A DNA stretch of 63,991 nucleotides, filler included, from Basidiobolus ranarum (Eukaryota), in assembly GCA_040143965.1 (NCBI GenBank). It is 42 parts of 42 records of this genome, joined end to end, with 100 filler letters (N's around TTAATTAATTAA, not from the genome) between each part and the next. Parts side by side here need not be neighbours in the genome. Positions count along the whole stretch, not along the records: positions 24,497 to 25,923 come from JASJQH010005220.1; positions 26,024 to 27,450 come from JASJQH010005221.1; positions 27,551 to 28,976 come from JASJQH010005222.1; positions 29,077 to 30,502 come from JASJQH010005223.1; positions 30,603 to 32,027 come from JASJQH010005224.1; positions 32,128 to 33,552 come from JASJQH010005225.1; positions 33,653 to 35,077 come from JASJQH010005226.1; positions 35,178 to 36,602 come from JASJQH010005227.1; 34 more parts are not named here. The stretch is one strand, 5' to 3'. A program made the position numbers and the translations under genes. How positions within the stretch are numbered: the stretch's first letter is position 1; every line of letters starts with the position of its first letter. The notes beneath the pieces were generated by a model. The model worked only from the letters and a program-made list of their open reading frames with translations. It made no database searches and had not been told where the DNA came from. Of the stretch, positions 24,497 through 37,109 are shown piece after piece.

Positions 24497-25923
24497 GGCA
24501 GGTTAATATACTCTGGAGTCTCCTTAACCCATTGCATTACATCCATCACTGATTTTGCTGATACATTGTTAATCAGATTAGCATACAGTAATACTGACGA
24601 TTTCACATATATCATCATTTCATCACAGGTGCGCTCCATTGGGAACTCCCAGAAAGTATAGCAAGGGCCTATAATCTCTAAGCATTGTGAAAGATGTGGC
24701 AGGCAATGTATTCAATACCAGCATAGATTTAGTCTATCTTCCTTAAACCTGTAATAAAGTTTTTCATATCCAATTACAAAATCTTTGCACAGTTGCTGTA
24801 TCTGCCTGAGATCTGCCAATGTGAGTTGATGCCATACAAATGTAGTAACAATATCCACAAACAACCCCCAATGTTACCAATAGTTATCAGGCAGAAATCT
24901 TTTCAAAATTCCACTTGAATATATACAAATCTAATACTTCCAGTCTTTGCATTTGAACAAACACCTGGATGAGTGGATAGTGATGGGAGTCCTGGTAAAA
25001 TATGATGGTATCTTGACATTTTCAAACATTTTCCCAATTGATTCAAACTTTGATCCTGTCTCAAATGGCTTATTCATATTGAATATTTCACTATATAGCT
25101 GAGTAAGTAGTATTGGAATGTTGTTGAATAGTAAGTGCATGGTGCCTAATGGGAATCTCTGGCTCCAGCTGCTCCCCTTTAGCAATATAATCTTAGGCTT
25201 ACGGCTAATACCAAGTTTGATGTTAGACTGCTATTTGGTGAATTGATATCAGTGATCATGTTGAAATCTGACCGGGCTCTTGATGGTAAAATCATGGAGT
25301 TTAGCATTGTACTTGAATAGTAGTAATGCATATGCATGTTAGAGTAAACTCCATTGATTTGACAAAATCTATAGCAAGATAGTGAATTGTGCCCGCAAAA
25401 ACCTCCAAGTTTACTGATGGCAGGAGTGTCACCAATACATACAATGATACTAGCTTTAATAAGATATTCACCGATCTGAATCCCATTAGATAACTGTTCA
25501 AATTCCACAATCAAAGGCTCCAAGAAGCTATTTATAAGCACTGGTGATTTAGGTCCAGATATGATACATAGTATCAAAATATTATGACTCTTATACCATT
25601 CAGAAGGAGAATATTTAAGTTGATCAAAATTATTGGCTAGCAAGCCTTTCCAATGGTATATTTGTTTAGTGAGAAACCATCCAGAGCCAATGCAAATGCA
25701 TGATCATACATGTTCTCAAACAAACCTTGACTTTTTGGTTTCTGGTAGTGATATTCATCAAGTATATTGGTAATACCTTCAGCTTTATGGTTAGTACTTT
25801 GGTATTGGATCAATGATGTATATTTGGGCAATTTCATCACAACTTTAAGATAGGGATTCAACGGAATGTAACCCAAATATGAATGATATTTACAGCATTC
25901 AGTGATTGCTAATTGTGTGAAAA
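24497..25923 (-). pseudogene. CACTA/CMC transposase, full DDE core, decayed
   Basis: ALALDGF (D1), IGDTPA (D2), CYRFC, GTMH, WEFPMER (E). Confidence 0.9.
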
Positions 25924-26023
25924 NNNNNNNNNNNNNNNNNNNNNNNNNNNNNNNNNNNNNNNNNNNNTTAATTAATTAANNNNNNNNNNNNNNNNNNNNN
26001 NNNNNNNNNNNNNNNNNNNNNNN

Positions 26024-26750
26024 ATAGATTTTTCAAACTTGTGCTAGAAGCCCCAAACTTTGCACACATGTTTCTGGGACCTTCCTTAACATATTCTACA
26101 CATTAGTTTGTTTACATCTTGACAAAACTATAAATGTCAACTTTCTACTCAATAAATAAATAAGTGAAAACCACCAATTCCTCTAATTCTCCAAACCACC
26201 TCCAACAGGCTCCCAAATACTTTAACACTTTTAAGTCTTGCAGTTGGATTCTTTGCAATACTAACTATTATTGAAATTAGCATTGCGTAAGCACCTATAA
26301 AGTCATGGATAGCTTAGTATTTAGTTATTTCATATTGAACCTAGATATCACCTCAAGAGGGATTTACTTAGAATACTAACACCAAATTAGTAGTTCTCAG
26401 ACATAGAGATTTTTCAAACTTGTGCTAGAAACCCCAAACTCTGCACACATGTTCCGGGGACTTTCCGCAATGCATTATACATGTGAGTTTGCTATAATGT
26501 GACAAAACTGTAAATGTCAGCTTTCAACTCAATAAATCAATAAGTGAAAACCATCAATTTCTCTAATTCTCCAAGCCACTTCCAACAGCCTTCCAAATAC
26601 TTTAACACTTGACATGTTTTATACATATCCTAGCTCCTATCCTGACAAAACTATAAATGTCCAGTTTCTAACCAATAAATTAACATGTGAGAACCATCAA
26701 TTCTTCTAGTTTTCCAAGATACTCCCAATAGACTTTCAAGATTCTTCAAC
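26024..26750 (+). repeat. Cluster of C3-type copia LTRs (26024-26227, 26269-26607, diverged piece to ~26750)
   Basis: Match 21749-22096. Confidence 0.8.
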
Positions 26751-27107
26751 AAGTTTAAGCATATGCAATGAATGTAAATCAACTGAGCAGCATCCAAGTC
26801 TTGAAATTTCTGGCTTGGTTTCATATTTTGCCATATTTATATATTATTTGTGAAATAGCTTTCTCTTGAATATCAATAAATGAAACACTCCTCAGTTTCA
26901 GCATCAGTATTCTCATCATTGTTGTTAAAATATTTCAGTTCTCTTGTGATGGTTTGAGAGATAAGTTTATTGTGAGTACCAGAGACATATGCTGTATAGC
27001 TAGGACTAGCCTAGTTTTATATTTATGAGTAATTACAAATTAGAAGATTAATGGTAGTAACTAAATTAGTGTAATCTTGATTTTGAAGACTTTTAACTTA
27101 GCAGTTC

Positions 27108-27450
27108 TGTTGGAGGACATTGACACAATGGGGATAGACTTTGTATATTAGAGGCAACTTATGGTAATGTTTTAGTTACTTTATTCTTAAGAGAATATGG
27201 TGACTTATATGGTAGAGAAGTAAATCACTTATTTGAGATATTCAAGAGTTGGTGTAATAAGATAAAATAGATAAGCAGGGGTAATAAGACATACTTGTTA
27301 CACAGAAAAAGAGATATTTCTAATTAGAATATAGGGGCTATAAATGTTAAAGTATTTGGGAGCCTGTTGGAAGTGGTTTGGAGAATTAGAGGAATTGGTG
27401 GTTTTCACTTATTGATTTATTGAGTAGAAAGTTGACATTTATAGTTTTGT
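27108..27450 (-). repeat. C4 LTR (27108-27343) interrupted by C3 LTR
   Basis: Reverse complements of ~22310-22546 and ~21990-22096. Confidence 0.8.
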
Positions 27451-27550
27451 NNNNNNNNNNNNNNNNNNNNNNNNNNNNNNNNNNNNNNNNNNNNTTAATT
27501 AATTAANNNNNNNNNNNNNNNNNNNNNNNNNNNNNNNNNNNNNNNNNNNN

Positions 27551-28441
27551 AGGTCTAAAGATTAAGATTATATGTGCTGACAATGGAGGGGAATATACCT
27601 CAAGACTCTTCTCTAACTTCTGCTCATCACATGGGATAAAACAGCAGACTACAGTGCCATACTCTCCACAGAAGAATGGAGTAGCACAATGTGCAAACAG
27701 ATCAATAATGGAAATGGCAAGATCAATGCTTCATGATCAAGATTTATCAAAACAGTTCTGGGCTGAAACGGTTGCAGCTGCAGTATATATTAGGAATAGA
27801 TATCTGTCTAGGTCTCTGTAAACTATGACACTTTATCAAGCCTGGTTTAGAAGTAAACCTGATGTGGCTAAGCCCAGGATTTTTGGAAGTACCATATATG
27901 CAATGATTCCAGACCAGAAGATCAAAACTATACTAAAAAAGCCAAAAATATCTTTTTTTGGGATATTTTGATGGGAAAAAGGGTACAGGCTATATGATAC
28001 TGAAAATAAAGGGCTAATCAAGTCTAGGGATATAGAATTTGTGGAAGAGGAGAAATTCTAAATCAAAACAATCCAGGATCAAGAAAAACATCCAAAAATG
28101 ATCAAATTCTACTTTCTCTCACCAGATCTTGATCAGTGAGGAAAACATTGAAAATCTCTCACCTGCAGTCTTCTCAACCAAGTCTGAGGTAATTTCATTG
28201 TGTAAGTTGGTACCAGAAGTTGAAGTGTCAATTTCACATCTTAGGAGATCCAATTATATGCGATCTCCACCTGATTACTACTCTCACACCACCCAAAAGG
28301 AGCCTAGTGCTAATTTAGCCTTTTCTGATGAGCCCAAATCAGTACAGCAGGCTATGGAGATTACCAACAAGAGGTTTTGGAGTGCTGCAATGGCAGAGGA
28401 GTATTAGTCATTTGTAAATAACCAAGCTTGGACTTTGGTTC
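27551..28441 (+). mobile_element. Copia C2 integrase to RT linker
   Basis: DNGGEY, PYSPQKNGVA, FWAETV, KGYRLYD, DEPKSVQQAM. Confidence 0.9.
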
Positions 28442-28976
28442 CCCTAACAGAAATTTGAGGATTGTTATTGTAGGAAAACCATCACAATTTTAATCCGTTT
28501 GGGATTGAACATTTACTTGCCATCATAAAATCATCAAGTTAGATTTGATTTTATTCAATTTTACAGTTTTAGGAGTGAAATTTCAAGATCTCACAGAATA
28601 TTTGCAAATGATTGGCTAAAATCTCAGAGAACTTTGGATCAACACATGTGCAAAAAATGTAACTCAAATTTTATACAATTAACACTTGAATGCTAATTTG
28701 TGACCTTCAAAATCCCTAGTCTCTTTGATATATTCTCCTGAATATTTTTATAGATTTCTTCATATCCAAGGTGTAGCTCATACCCAACACAAGTTTGTGT
28801 CAATATCTCCATCAAAGCCCACCATTGCATTAATGTTGCTGCATCAACATTCTTCCAGCTATCTGGTGGATACCCTGCAATATTGTGCCACTCTGTATTA
28901 AGTTCTTCCCAGATATCTGCATGGTCAATACCAGACTGAATGTCACGTTGAATGTTCTTCTTCTGAAGCCACTTTA
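28442..28976 (+). mobile_element. CACTA-like terminus type B and ORF2 C-terminus (- strand)
   Basis: TIR; reverse complement of ~30990-31521. Confidence 0.88.
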
Positions 28977-29076
28977 NNNNNNNNNNNNNNNNNNNNNNNN
29001 NNNNNNNNNNNNNNNNNNNNTTAATTAATTAANNNNNNNNNNNNNNNNNNNNNNNNNNNNNNNNNNNNNNNNNNNN

Positions 29077-30502
29077 AGCCTTTTCTGATGAGCCCAAATC
29101 AGTACAGGAGGCTATGGAGAGTCCCAACACAAAGTTTTGGAGTGCTGCAATGGTAGAGGAGTATCAGTTATCATAGATAACCAAACTTGGACTTTAGTTA
29201 AGTACCAGATTACCAAAAATCAATAGGATGCAAATGAGTGTTTAAAGTTAAACAGCAAGCTGATGGATCTGTAGAGAGAGGTAAAGCCAGACATGTGGCT
29301 AAAGAATACTGTCAAATGGAAGCAGTGGACTGCCATGAAACTTTTGCTCCTCTAGCAAAGTTTAATTCCATCAGAACCATACTAGCAGTAGCAACAAATC
29401 ACAGCTTAAAAATCAATCAAATGGATATTGAAACTGCTTTTTTGAATGGGGACTTGGAAGAGGATATATTCATGGATCAACCAGATGGTTTTGTGGATCC
29501 TGAGCAACCTGATGATGTGTGTAAGCTACAAGAATCACTTTATGGACTTGAACAATCACCCAGGGCCTGGTATACTAAGATAGCAACATTCTTGGAATCA
29601 CTTGATTTCCAAAATAGTATGGCAGGTTTTGGGATCTATTTTAAGATAGATAAGGCCAGTAAGGCAATACTTGCCTTGTATGTAGAAGATCTGATTATAG
29701 CTACCAATAATGATACAGCTCTCAGGAAGACCAAAAGAGATCTTTCAGTCCAATTCAAGATGCATGATATAGGTAACCTTGCATCTTTTTTAGGTCAGCA
29801 GATTGATACAGATATATTGAGCAACTCTAATCCTCTGAATGAATCTAAATACATCTCAGACATTTTCAGACGTTACAGGATGGAGAATTGCAAGCCAGTA
29901 GCAACTCCCATGGATCCAGGTGTGAAACTAGTCTAAAATCCCATCAAAAATGATGAAAATTGGCCAAATATGGCTCAAAATATGTCATTTGAAGGCCCTG
30001 AGTTCCCTTATCAATCTATTGTAGGTAGTTTGATCTATACTATGACTGAAACCTGGCCAGATATCTTTTTTGCAATGGGAGTAGTCAGCCAACATATGCA
30101 AAACCCAGGATCTGAGCATTATGCAGCAGTTAAGCGGATTTTCAGATATTTGAAGGGGATAATTGTTCTGGCAATAAGATACACATATTCTTATAAGAAA
30201 AGGATCTAATTGGGTTTAGTGATGCAGATTGGGGACTTAATATTGAGGACAGAGGATCTATCACTGGATATACCTTTCTCTATAGTGAAGCAGCCATATC
30301 TTGGAATAGCAAGAAGCAACCCACCGTAGTACTTTCAACAACTGAAGCAGAACACATGGCAGCATCACAGACAATATAGGCAGTTATATGGTTAAGGAAG
30401 CTGTTCAAAGACTTGGGCATTATTTAAAGTTCACCCACCATAACTTTCAAGGATAATCAAAGTTGTATTTCTTTAGCTAAATATCCCAAATTTCATGCTA
30501 GA
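29077..30502 (+). mobile_element. Copia C2 reverse transcriptase-RNase H
   Basis: KARHVAK, ETFAP, QMDIETAFLNG, LYGLEQSP, LYVEDL, SDADWG. Confidence 0.95.
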
Positions 30503-30602
30503 NNNNNNNNNNNNNNNNNNNNNNNNNNNNNNNNNNNNNNNNNNNNTTAATTAATTAANNNNNNNNNNNNNNNNNNNNNNNNNNNNNNNNNNNNNNNNNN
30601 NN

Positions 30603-31270
30603 TTAGGCTCTACTGTCCCACTTACCAAATTCTTCACACCATTACAAAGATTTGCAAATCCAGAGTCAGATGTACTGGCAAAAAAGCTTAATTTCATCAT
30701 GGAACCGGGTATACCAGCTGGAAGAGTGCTAAATTTGGAAGTTTATCCAACACCTGGCACCTCTCAGCAAGCCAAAACACCAGCAAATCAACTCTTGGCT
30801 CTCCAACCTCTACTTGTACTTTTCAAAGTATTGAAATTAGCCCCAAACTTAAAGGCAAACAAAAAGCCACACAAACACCACAAAGAACCCTTAGTAGTGT
30901 CACACTACAAGGACATACAAAAATAGTCAAAGTGCTTGAGGAGTATTTTCAAAAGTATGAGGGGAAAAATACAGTGCAAGTATGCAGAAAGTGGCTTAAG
31001 AAGAAGAACATTCAACTTGACATTCAGTCTGGGGTTGACTGTGCAGATATCTGGGAAGACCTTAATACAGAGTGGCACAATATTGCAAGGTATCTGCCTG
31101 ATAGCTGCAAGAATGTTGATTCAGCAATGTTAATACAATAGTGGGCTTTGATGGAGATATTGACACAAATTTGTGTTGGGTATGAGCTAAACCTTGGGTA
31201 TGAAGAACTCTATAAAAATATTCAGGAGAATATATCAAATAGACTAGGGATTTTGAAGGTGACAAATTAG
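30603..31270 (+). pseudogene. Accessory ORF2 C-terminal third
   Basis: Overlaps 33249-33446; ends ..DIWEDLNTEWHNI..WALMEILTQICVGYELNLGYEELYKNIQENISNRLGILKVTN*. Confidence 0.75.
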
Positions 31271-31521
31271 TGTTCAAGTGGTAATTGTGTAAAATTTGAG
31301 TTATGTTTTTTGCACCTGTGTTGATCCATAGTTCTCTGAGATTGTAGCCAATCATGTGTAACTATTTTGCAAGATCTTATAATTTCACTCCTGACACTGA
31401 AAAAATTGATTAAAATCAAATCTAACTTCACAATTTATGATGATAAGTAAACAGTCAATCCCAAATGGATTAAAATTGTGATGGTTTTCCTATGATAACA
31501 ATCCTCAAATTTCAGTTATGG
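31271..31521 (-). mobile_element. Subterminal region and terminus type B, inserted in copia integrase
   Basis: Reverse complement of 11511-11765; ends GTTATGG. Confidence 0.85.
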
Positions 31522-32027
31522 TAAGATTATCCATACTGATAATGGAGGGGAATATACCTCAAAACTCTTCTCAAACTTCTGCCCAACACATGGGATAAAA
31601 CAGCAGACTATAGTACCAAATTCCTCACAGCAGAATGGAATAGCAGCACATGCAAACAGATCAATAATGGAAAAGGCAAGATCAATGCTTCATGATCAAG
31701 ATTACCCAAACAGTTCTGGGGTGAATTGGTTGCAACTGCAGTATATATTAGGAGTAGATGTCCTTCTAGGTCTCTATTTGCTGTGACACCATATGAAGCT
31801 TGGTTTGAAAGTAAACCTGATGTGGCCAATCTCAGAGTTTTTGGAAGTACAGCATATTCAATGATTCCAGACCAGAAGAGATCAAATCAGTCCAAAAAAG
31901 CCAGAAACATCTTTTTTTGGGATATTTGGATGGAACAAAAGGGTACAGACTATATGACACTGAAAATAAGAAGCTATTCAAGTCAAGGGAGGCGGAATTT
32001 GCTGAGGAAGAAAAACATTCAATGAAA
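31522..32027 (+). mobile_element. Copia C2 integrase fragment
   Basis: TDNGGEY; TPYEAWFESKPDVANLRVFGS. Confidence 0.9.
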
Positions 32028-32161
32028 NNNNNNNNNNNNNNNNNNNNNNNNNNNNNNNNNNNNNNNNNNNNTTAATTAATTAANNNNNNNNNNNNNNNNN
32101 NNNNNNNNNNNNNNNNNNNNNNNNNNNTTCATTACACCAAGTTTACCATCTGAAAATTTCA

Positions 32162-33446
32162 ATGCCATTCAAAAAGCGTTCAAAATCTAAGTCAAAATTG
32201 GCTTCCAAGCCAAAGCCTGCTGGCACAAAAGGAAAAAAACCAGCCAGAACAGAGGACTTAATTGATGAGCAGTCTAGCAATCCACTATCCACTTTGGAAG
32301 GCATTAACATGCCGGAAACTAACTCAAGTAATGATGAAGCATTAATCAACTTACCAGATGTGTTCCTTTCCAGCAATAGTGCAAGCAAAGAGACTGTAAT
32401 CCCCCAATAACATAGTAAATCAATATTTGAGCAAAGTTCAACCAAAACACCATTAGGACCATCTACTTCCAAAGTAGCTACTTTGCCCACTGTTGAACAA
32501 CCCTCATTAGAAAATTTGGATTAAATTATTACAACAAGGGAATCACAGGCAAAACACCAAAATGAATTGTATGCAATCATGAGTAAAAACTACAAAGTTG
32601 CTATGCAGGCCATGACAAGCAATAACACCCCAATATTGCAACTAATGGAGTGTTTTGAAGCAACTAGTCAAAAGTTAGAGAGTCACTCAAAAATGATATA
32701 AGACCTTGAGAATGCTGTACTTGAGCTACAGCAACATGGTGCTCCCTCTGTCCATTCTCATACAGGATTTCAATCAATCCTACACTATACATATGAATGT
32801 CAATGTGACAATCTAGTAGAGCAGAATATGTGTTGGACCATTAAGCCTACACAATGACCCAAAATTGCTTGAGCACATGAAAGTAGAAATCTCATATGAA
32901 AACCGGCACCAAAAGACTCTGAATTTCTGAGCTGCTGTCACTTGCTCTGATGATGAGTGGTTTAACATTTTGGAAACTGTGTGGAATCTTGCCCAAAATC
33001 ACCTGGATTTGAGTCAATTGTGGAAAACCCAAAACCCAGGTGTTACTCTAAAGGTTGTTGACTTATTTCATGTGGTTTATCCTGGGTTTTTGTAAGCAAA
33101 TGGCTATTGGGCTAGTATAGGCCTATTCATGAAACATCTCAAATATGTACACAATTAATGACTAGGAAAATAAAGAAAAGCAGCTAAGGAAGTACTCAAG
33201 GAGCAGGAAGTTAGTAAACCCAAGGGAAAAGCAAAGGAGCCAGTCAGTTTAGGCTCAACTGTCCTACCTACCAAATTCTTCATACCATTATGAAGATCTG
33301 CATTTCCAGAGTCATGTATGCTGGAAAAATGCTTAATTTCACCATGGAACTGGGTACACCAGTTGGAAGAGTGGTAAATTTGGAAGTTTATCCAACACCT
33401 GGCACCTCCCAACAAGCCAAAACTATGGCAAATAAAACTCATGGCA
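32162..33446 (+). pseudogene. Accessory ORF2, N-terminal ~430 codons
   Basis: Colinear with 58066-59437(-) and 1-1017(-); stops mostly at CAA/CGA/TGG-derived codons; truncated by a C2 LTR at 33447. Confidence 0.78.
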
Positions 33447-33652
33447 GTTGAAGTTTATTGTCTTTATCATATTTATTATCTCTATCTTTATACACCTAAC
33501 TACTTCATATATCACATATAAGTTAGTTAACATTACTTAGTCAAATATCACTNNNNNNNNNNNNNNNNNNNNNNNNNNNNNNNNNNNNNNNNNNNNTTAA
33601 TTAATTAANNNNNNNNNNNNNNNNNNNNNNNNNNNNNNNNNNNNNNNNNNNN

Positions 33653-35077
33653 GGAATCAGCTTCTAGAAATCAGCATATTATCTCTGCCAATGAAAAATA
33701 TGGTAATAAGAAAAAGGATGTTTTTCCAGCCAATCAAGAATCAGGAAATTGGGCTCAGAAACAAGGTAATAATTTTCTGACTAATCATATACCTAAGAAA
33801 TATCCTACTCTCAATTTGGCTGATATTGGATGCAATCAATTATTGGAAGTATGCAATCAGTCACAACAAGTATTCAATCAATCACAAAATTCAGGCAATC
33901 AGGTCTCAGAAATCCTACTGAGTGGAAATCAGAAACATCCTGTAAGTGAAACATCTGACCATTCTACTGAGGACTTTGGATGTCTCAAATCAGAGCATGA
34001 AATCAACAGATTCAATTCAGATAAAGGGTGGAATATATTTGCACATATAGCATTTTCTGAACTAGAAAATTTGACACAAGCTCTGAAATCTGATGAAGTG
34101 CTAGAATAGAGAAAAGCTACTGATGATGAAATTCCCTCCCTAATCAAGAATAACACATGGATCCATGCAGACTTGCCTATTGGAAGAAAAACTAATGTTA
34201 ACAGATGGGTGCTGAAACTGAAACTTTACTCAGATGGATCTATCAACCAGTACAATGCAAGATCAGTAGTAAAAGGCTATGCTCAGAAACATGGCATTGA
34301 CTATGATGAGACATTTTCTCCGGTTGCTAAGTTTACCTCAAACAGAGTAATCCTGGCCATTGCTACCCACCAAGGAATGCTGATTGAACAAATAAATGTC
34401 AAGACAGGATTTCTTATTGGAGAAATTGATGAAGTTATATACATGTATCAACCAGAGGGCTATATGGCAAAAGGAAAAGATCATCAAGTATGCAAACTAC
34501 AGAGAAGTCTATATGGTCTGAAACAGGCTCCTTGTGCAGGGAATACCAATATAAATCAGATCTTCATGAAGCATCTTTTCCATTGTAGCAAAGCTGATCA
34601 TTGTATATACTTCAAGACTATCAAAGCCACCAAAGTCATAATTGCTCTCTATGTTGATGATATTGTAATAGTTAGTAAATGCTCAAATCTGATTGAACAA
34701 ACCAAGACCTGGCTATCTACTGAGTTTGAAATGCAAGATTTGGATCACTGGCATATTGTCTTGGAATGCAGATACATCAAAATTCCATTGTTGGAACACT
34801 CTGTATTACATAAGAAAAATATATTGGAGATGTTTTAAACAGAATCAATATGTCAGAATGTAAAACAGCTTGAAATCCACTACATATGCTGAAACTCACT
34901 AGGGATATGGAACCAAAGATCTCTGAAGATATTGAAATCATGAAACATATTCCTTACCATAGTGCAGTTGGAAGTCTCAAGTATGCAACAACTGGTACTA
35001 GGCCTGATATTGCTACAGCGGTAAGCATAGTAAGCAAATATATGGAAAAACCTGCAATGGAACATTGGATAGCTGTG
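33653..35077 (+). mobile_element. Ty1/copia RT of a further family
   Basis: VKGYAQKHGIDYDETFSPVAK, LYGLKQAP, LYVDDI, TRPDIA. Confidence 0.92.
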
Positions 35078-35177
35078 NNNNNNNNNNNNNNNNNNNNNNN
35101 NNNNNNNNNNNNNNNNNNNNNTTAATTAATTAANNNNNNNNNNNNNNNNNNNNNNNNNNNNNNNNNNNNNNNNNNNN

Positions 35178-36602
35178 CAAATCCTCTAGCTTGGGTTAAG
35201 TTGCTTGGTGTTGGCCATGTGACAAGTTTCTCAATCTCAGATGGTCCTGGTGTTCTTCCATGACTGTCACATTTCTGCCTAACTATGGATATTTCTGCCA
35301 TTCCAAAGTCACTTTTCTCACCACTTGTAGTCAGTCTGGCTTTCAGAATTTTGGTCAAAATCTGGTCATTGTCTTGTATATGGTCATATACAAATCTTCT
35401 TACTCCTGGGAGTACTTCAGTTGGGTCTTTGATAGGTGATCCTTTTATGCCAATGTTGTCTACAAATACAGCAACCTTATCTGGGATGAACTTGTAAGGG
35501 ACATTGACCATCACACATTGAAACTTTGCAACAGAGTTAGTTCCATCTTGGCTAAGTCTTGTCATTGTAAGTAGCCCAAGTGTAGTCTGTAGTCCAAACA
35601 TGTCTCTTGAGGTTTCATCAATGGGTATTTGGCTGTATCCTCAGTATAGATCATAGGTTGAATATATAGAAGCTCCTGCAAAGCTCTCTGCAAATTCATC
35701 AATTGATGGGGGTACTGCAGCATCTCTGATTGTCACTGCATTGGCTGGCTGCATGTCTTGTATGAGTCTCAGTTTGCCATTCTTCTTCTTTGTGACAAAC
35801 CAGCAATTGGCATAAGGTCCATAGCATGGTTCTAGGTTTCCAGCTTTAATCTTACCCTTAAGAAGTGCATGTACATCTGGTTGCAGGCCTCTTGGCAGTG
35901 AGTAAGGTTTATAAGACCATGGTGTGTGTTCTACAGTGTGAATTTTTATTGGTTTCTCAATAGAAGGCAGTAGTAGTCCCATTTTCTGGTCATTGTAGGC
36001 AAAGACTCTGTCATGTCTGACAATCACATCTCTGAATAATTTAGCTTCCTGAGGGCAAGGTTGCCATTGCCAATCTTGACAGTAGCTAGTCTCTCTGGAG
36101 TTAGCCTGATGCTAGTGTTGTCATCTAGTGGCTCCCTTTCAAGATTGGCTAGTCTGGTTCCATCAGTGAGTGGTTCAAGGAAAGGTTTTACTCTAGTTGC
36201 AACTGTCTTGTACTTGGTCCTAACAATGGCTTCTTGTACTTTAGGTCCTAAAGCAGCTCTGCAAGCTAAGTTTGAGTCAGATATATAATGTGTTTGGTAG
36301 TGAGTATCTTCTTTGGTGGTGCTTCTGCACTCAGTGTGAGTTCTATGATCAGTGGCTGGTTCCACAAAAGTGGGCAAGTAGTGCTGGGTTGCTTACATAA
36401 ATGGTATACCAAACAGATCCATTGGGGTAATTCATGACCATTGCTCTTGCTTTTGTTTCCCAGGGTCTTCCAAGAAGTAGGTTGAAGCTTTCTTTTTGGC
36501 AGATGAAGACAGGTACAGTGTGCTCTACTCCTTGTATGTTGATGGGAAATGCATGAATGACTCCTAAAAGTGAAGAGACTCCAGTGTTGGCATCATGCAT
36601 AT
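35178..36602 (-). mobile_element. Ty3/gypsy pol of a second lineage (protease C-terminus and RT)
   Basis: LLLGRPW, KYKTVATRVKP, WFVTKKKNGKLRLIQDMQ, QDGTNSV, FVDNIGIKG. Confidence 0.9.
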
Positions 36603-36702
36603 NNNNNNNNNNNNNNNNNNNNNNNNNNNNNNNNNNNNNNNNNNNNTTAATTAATTAANNNNNNNNNNNNNNNNNNNNNNNNNNNNNNNNNNNNNNNNNN
36701 NN

Positions 36703-37109
36703 ATGTTGCGCATGAAGAGAGCGTGGTAGGCACGAGCACAGACAACCCTGACCTTAATACGATACTTGGGATCCCAACCAGCAAAACCATCGAAGACATA
36801 AAGACGCTCACGAGTGTTGAGGTAGTCGACAGCTCTCTCATGGTTGATACTGAAGACACGATCTTCCAATGGAATGTTTACAGGGCCCCACCAGATATCA
36901 CCGCTGGTGGACTTCTCTTCAACAATGCGCTTGTCATTGGGGCTTCTTCCAGTCTTCTTACCAGATGAAGTAATGATAGCACCAGCAGAGCTGAGATAAG
37001 TGCCTTTCTCATATTGTAAAGCATGCTCATAGAGCTTGGCTACAGGAAGATTTCTTAGCACAGGTTTGTTGGTATCAATACCAGAAGTGGAGTTTAGTGC
37101 GAAAGCCAT
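36703..37109 (-). CDS. PCK1: Phosphoenolpyruvate carboxykinase (ATP), N-terminal part of downstream copy
   Basis: LYEHAL, SGKKTGRSPNDKRIV, DIWWGPVN, YVFDGFAGWDPKYRIKVRVVCARAYHALFMRN; runs off contig. Confidence 0.95.
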
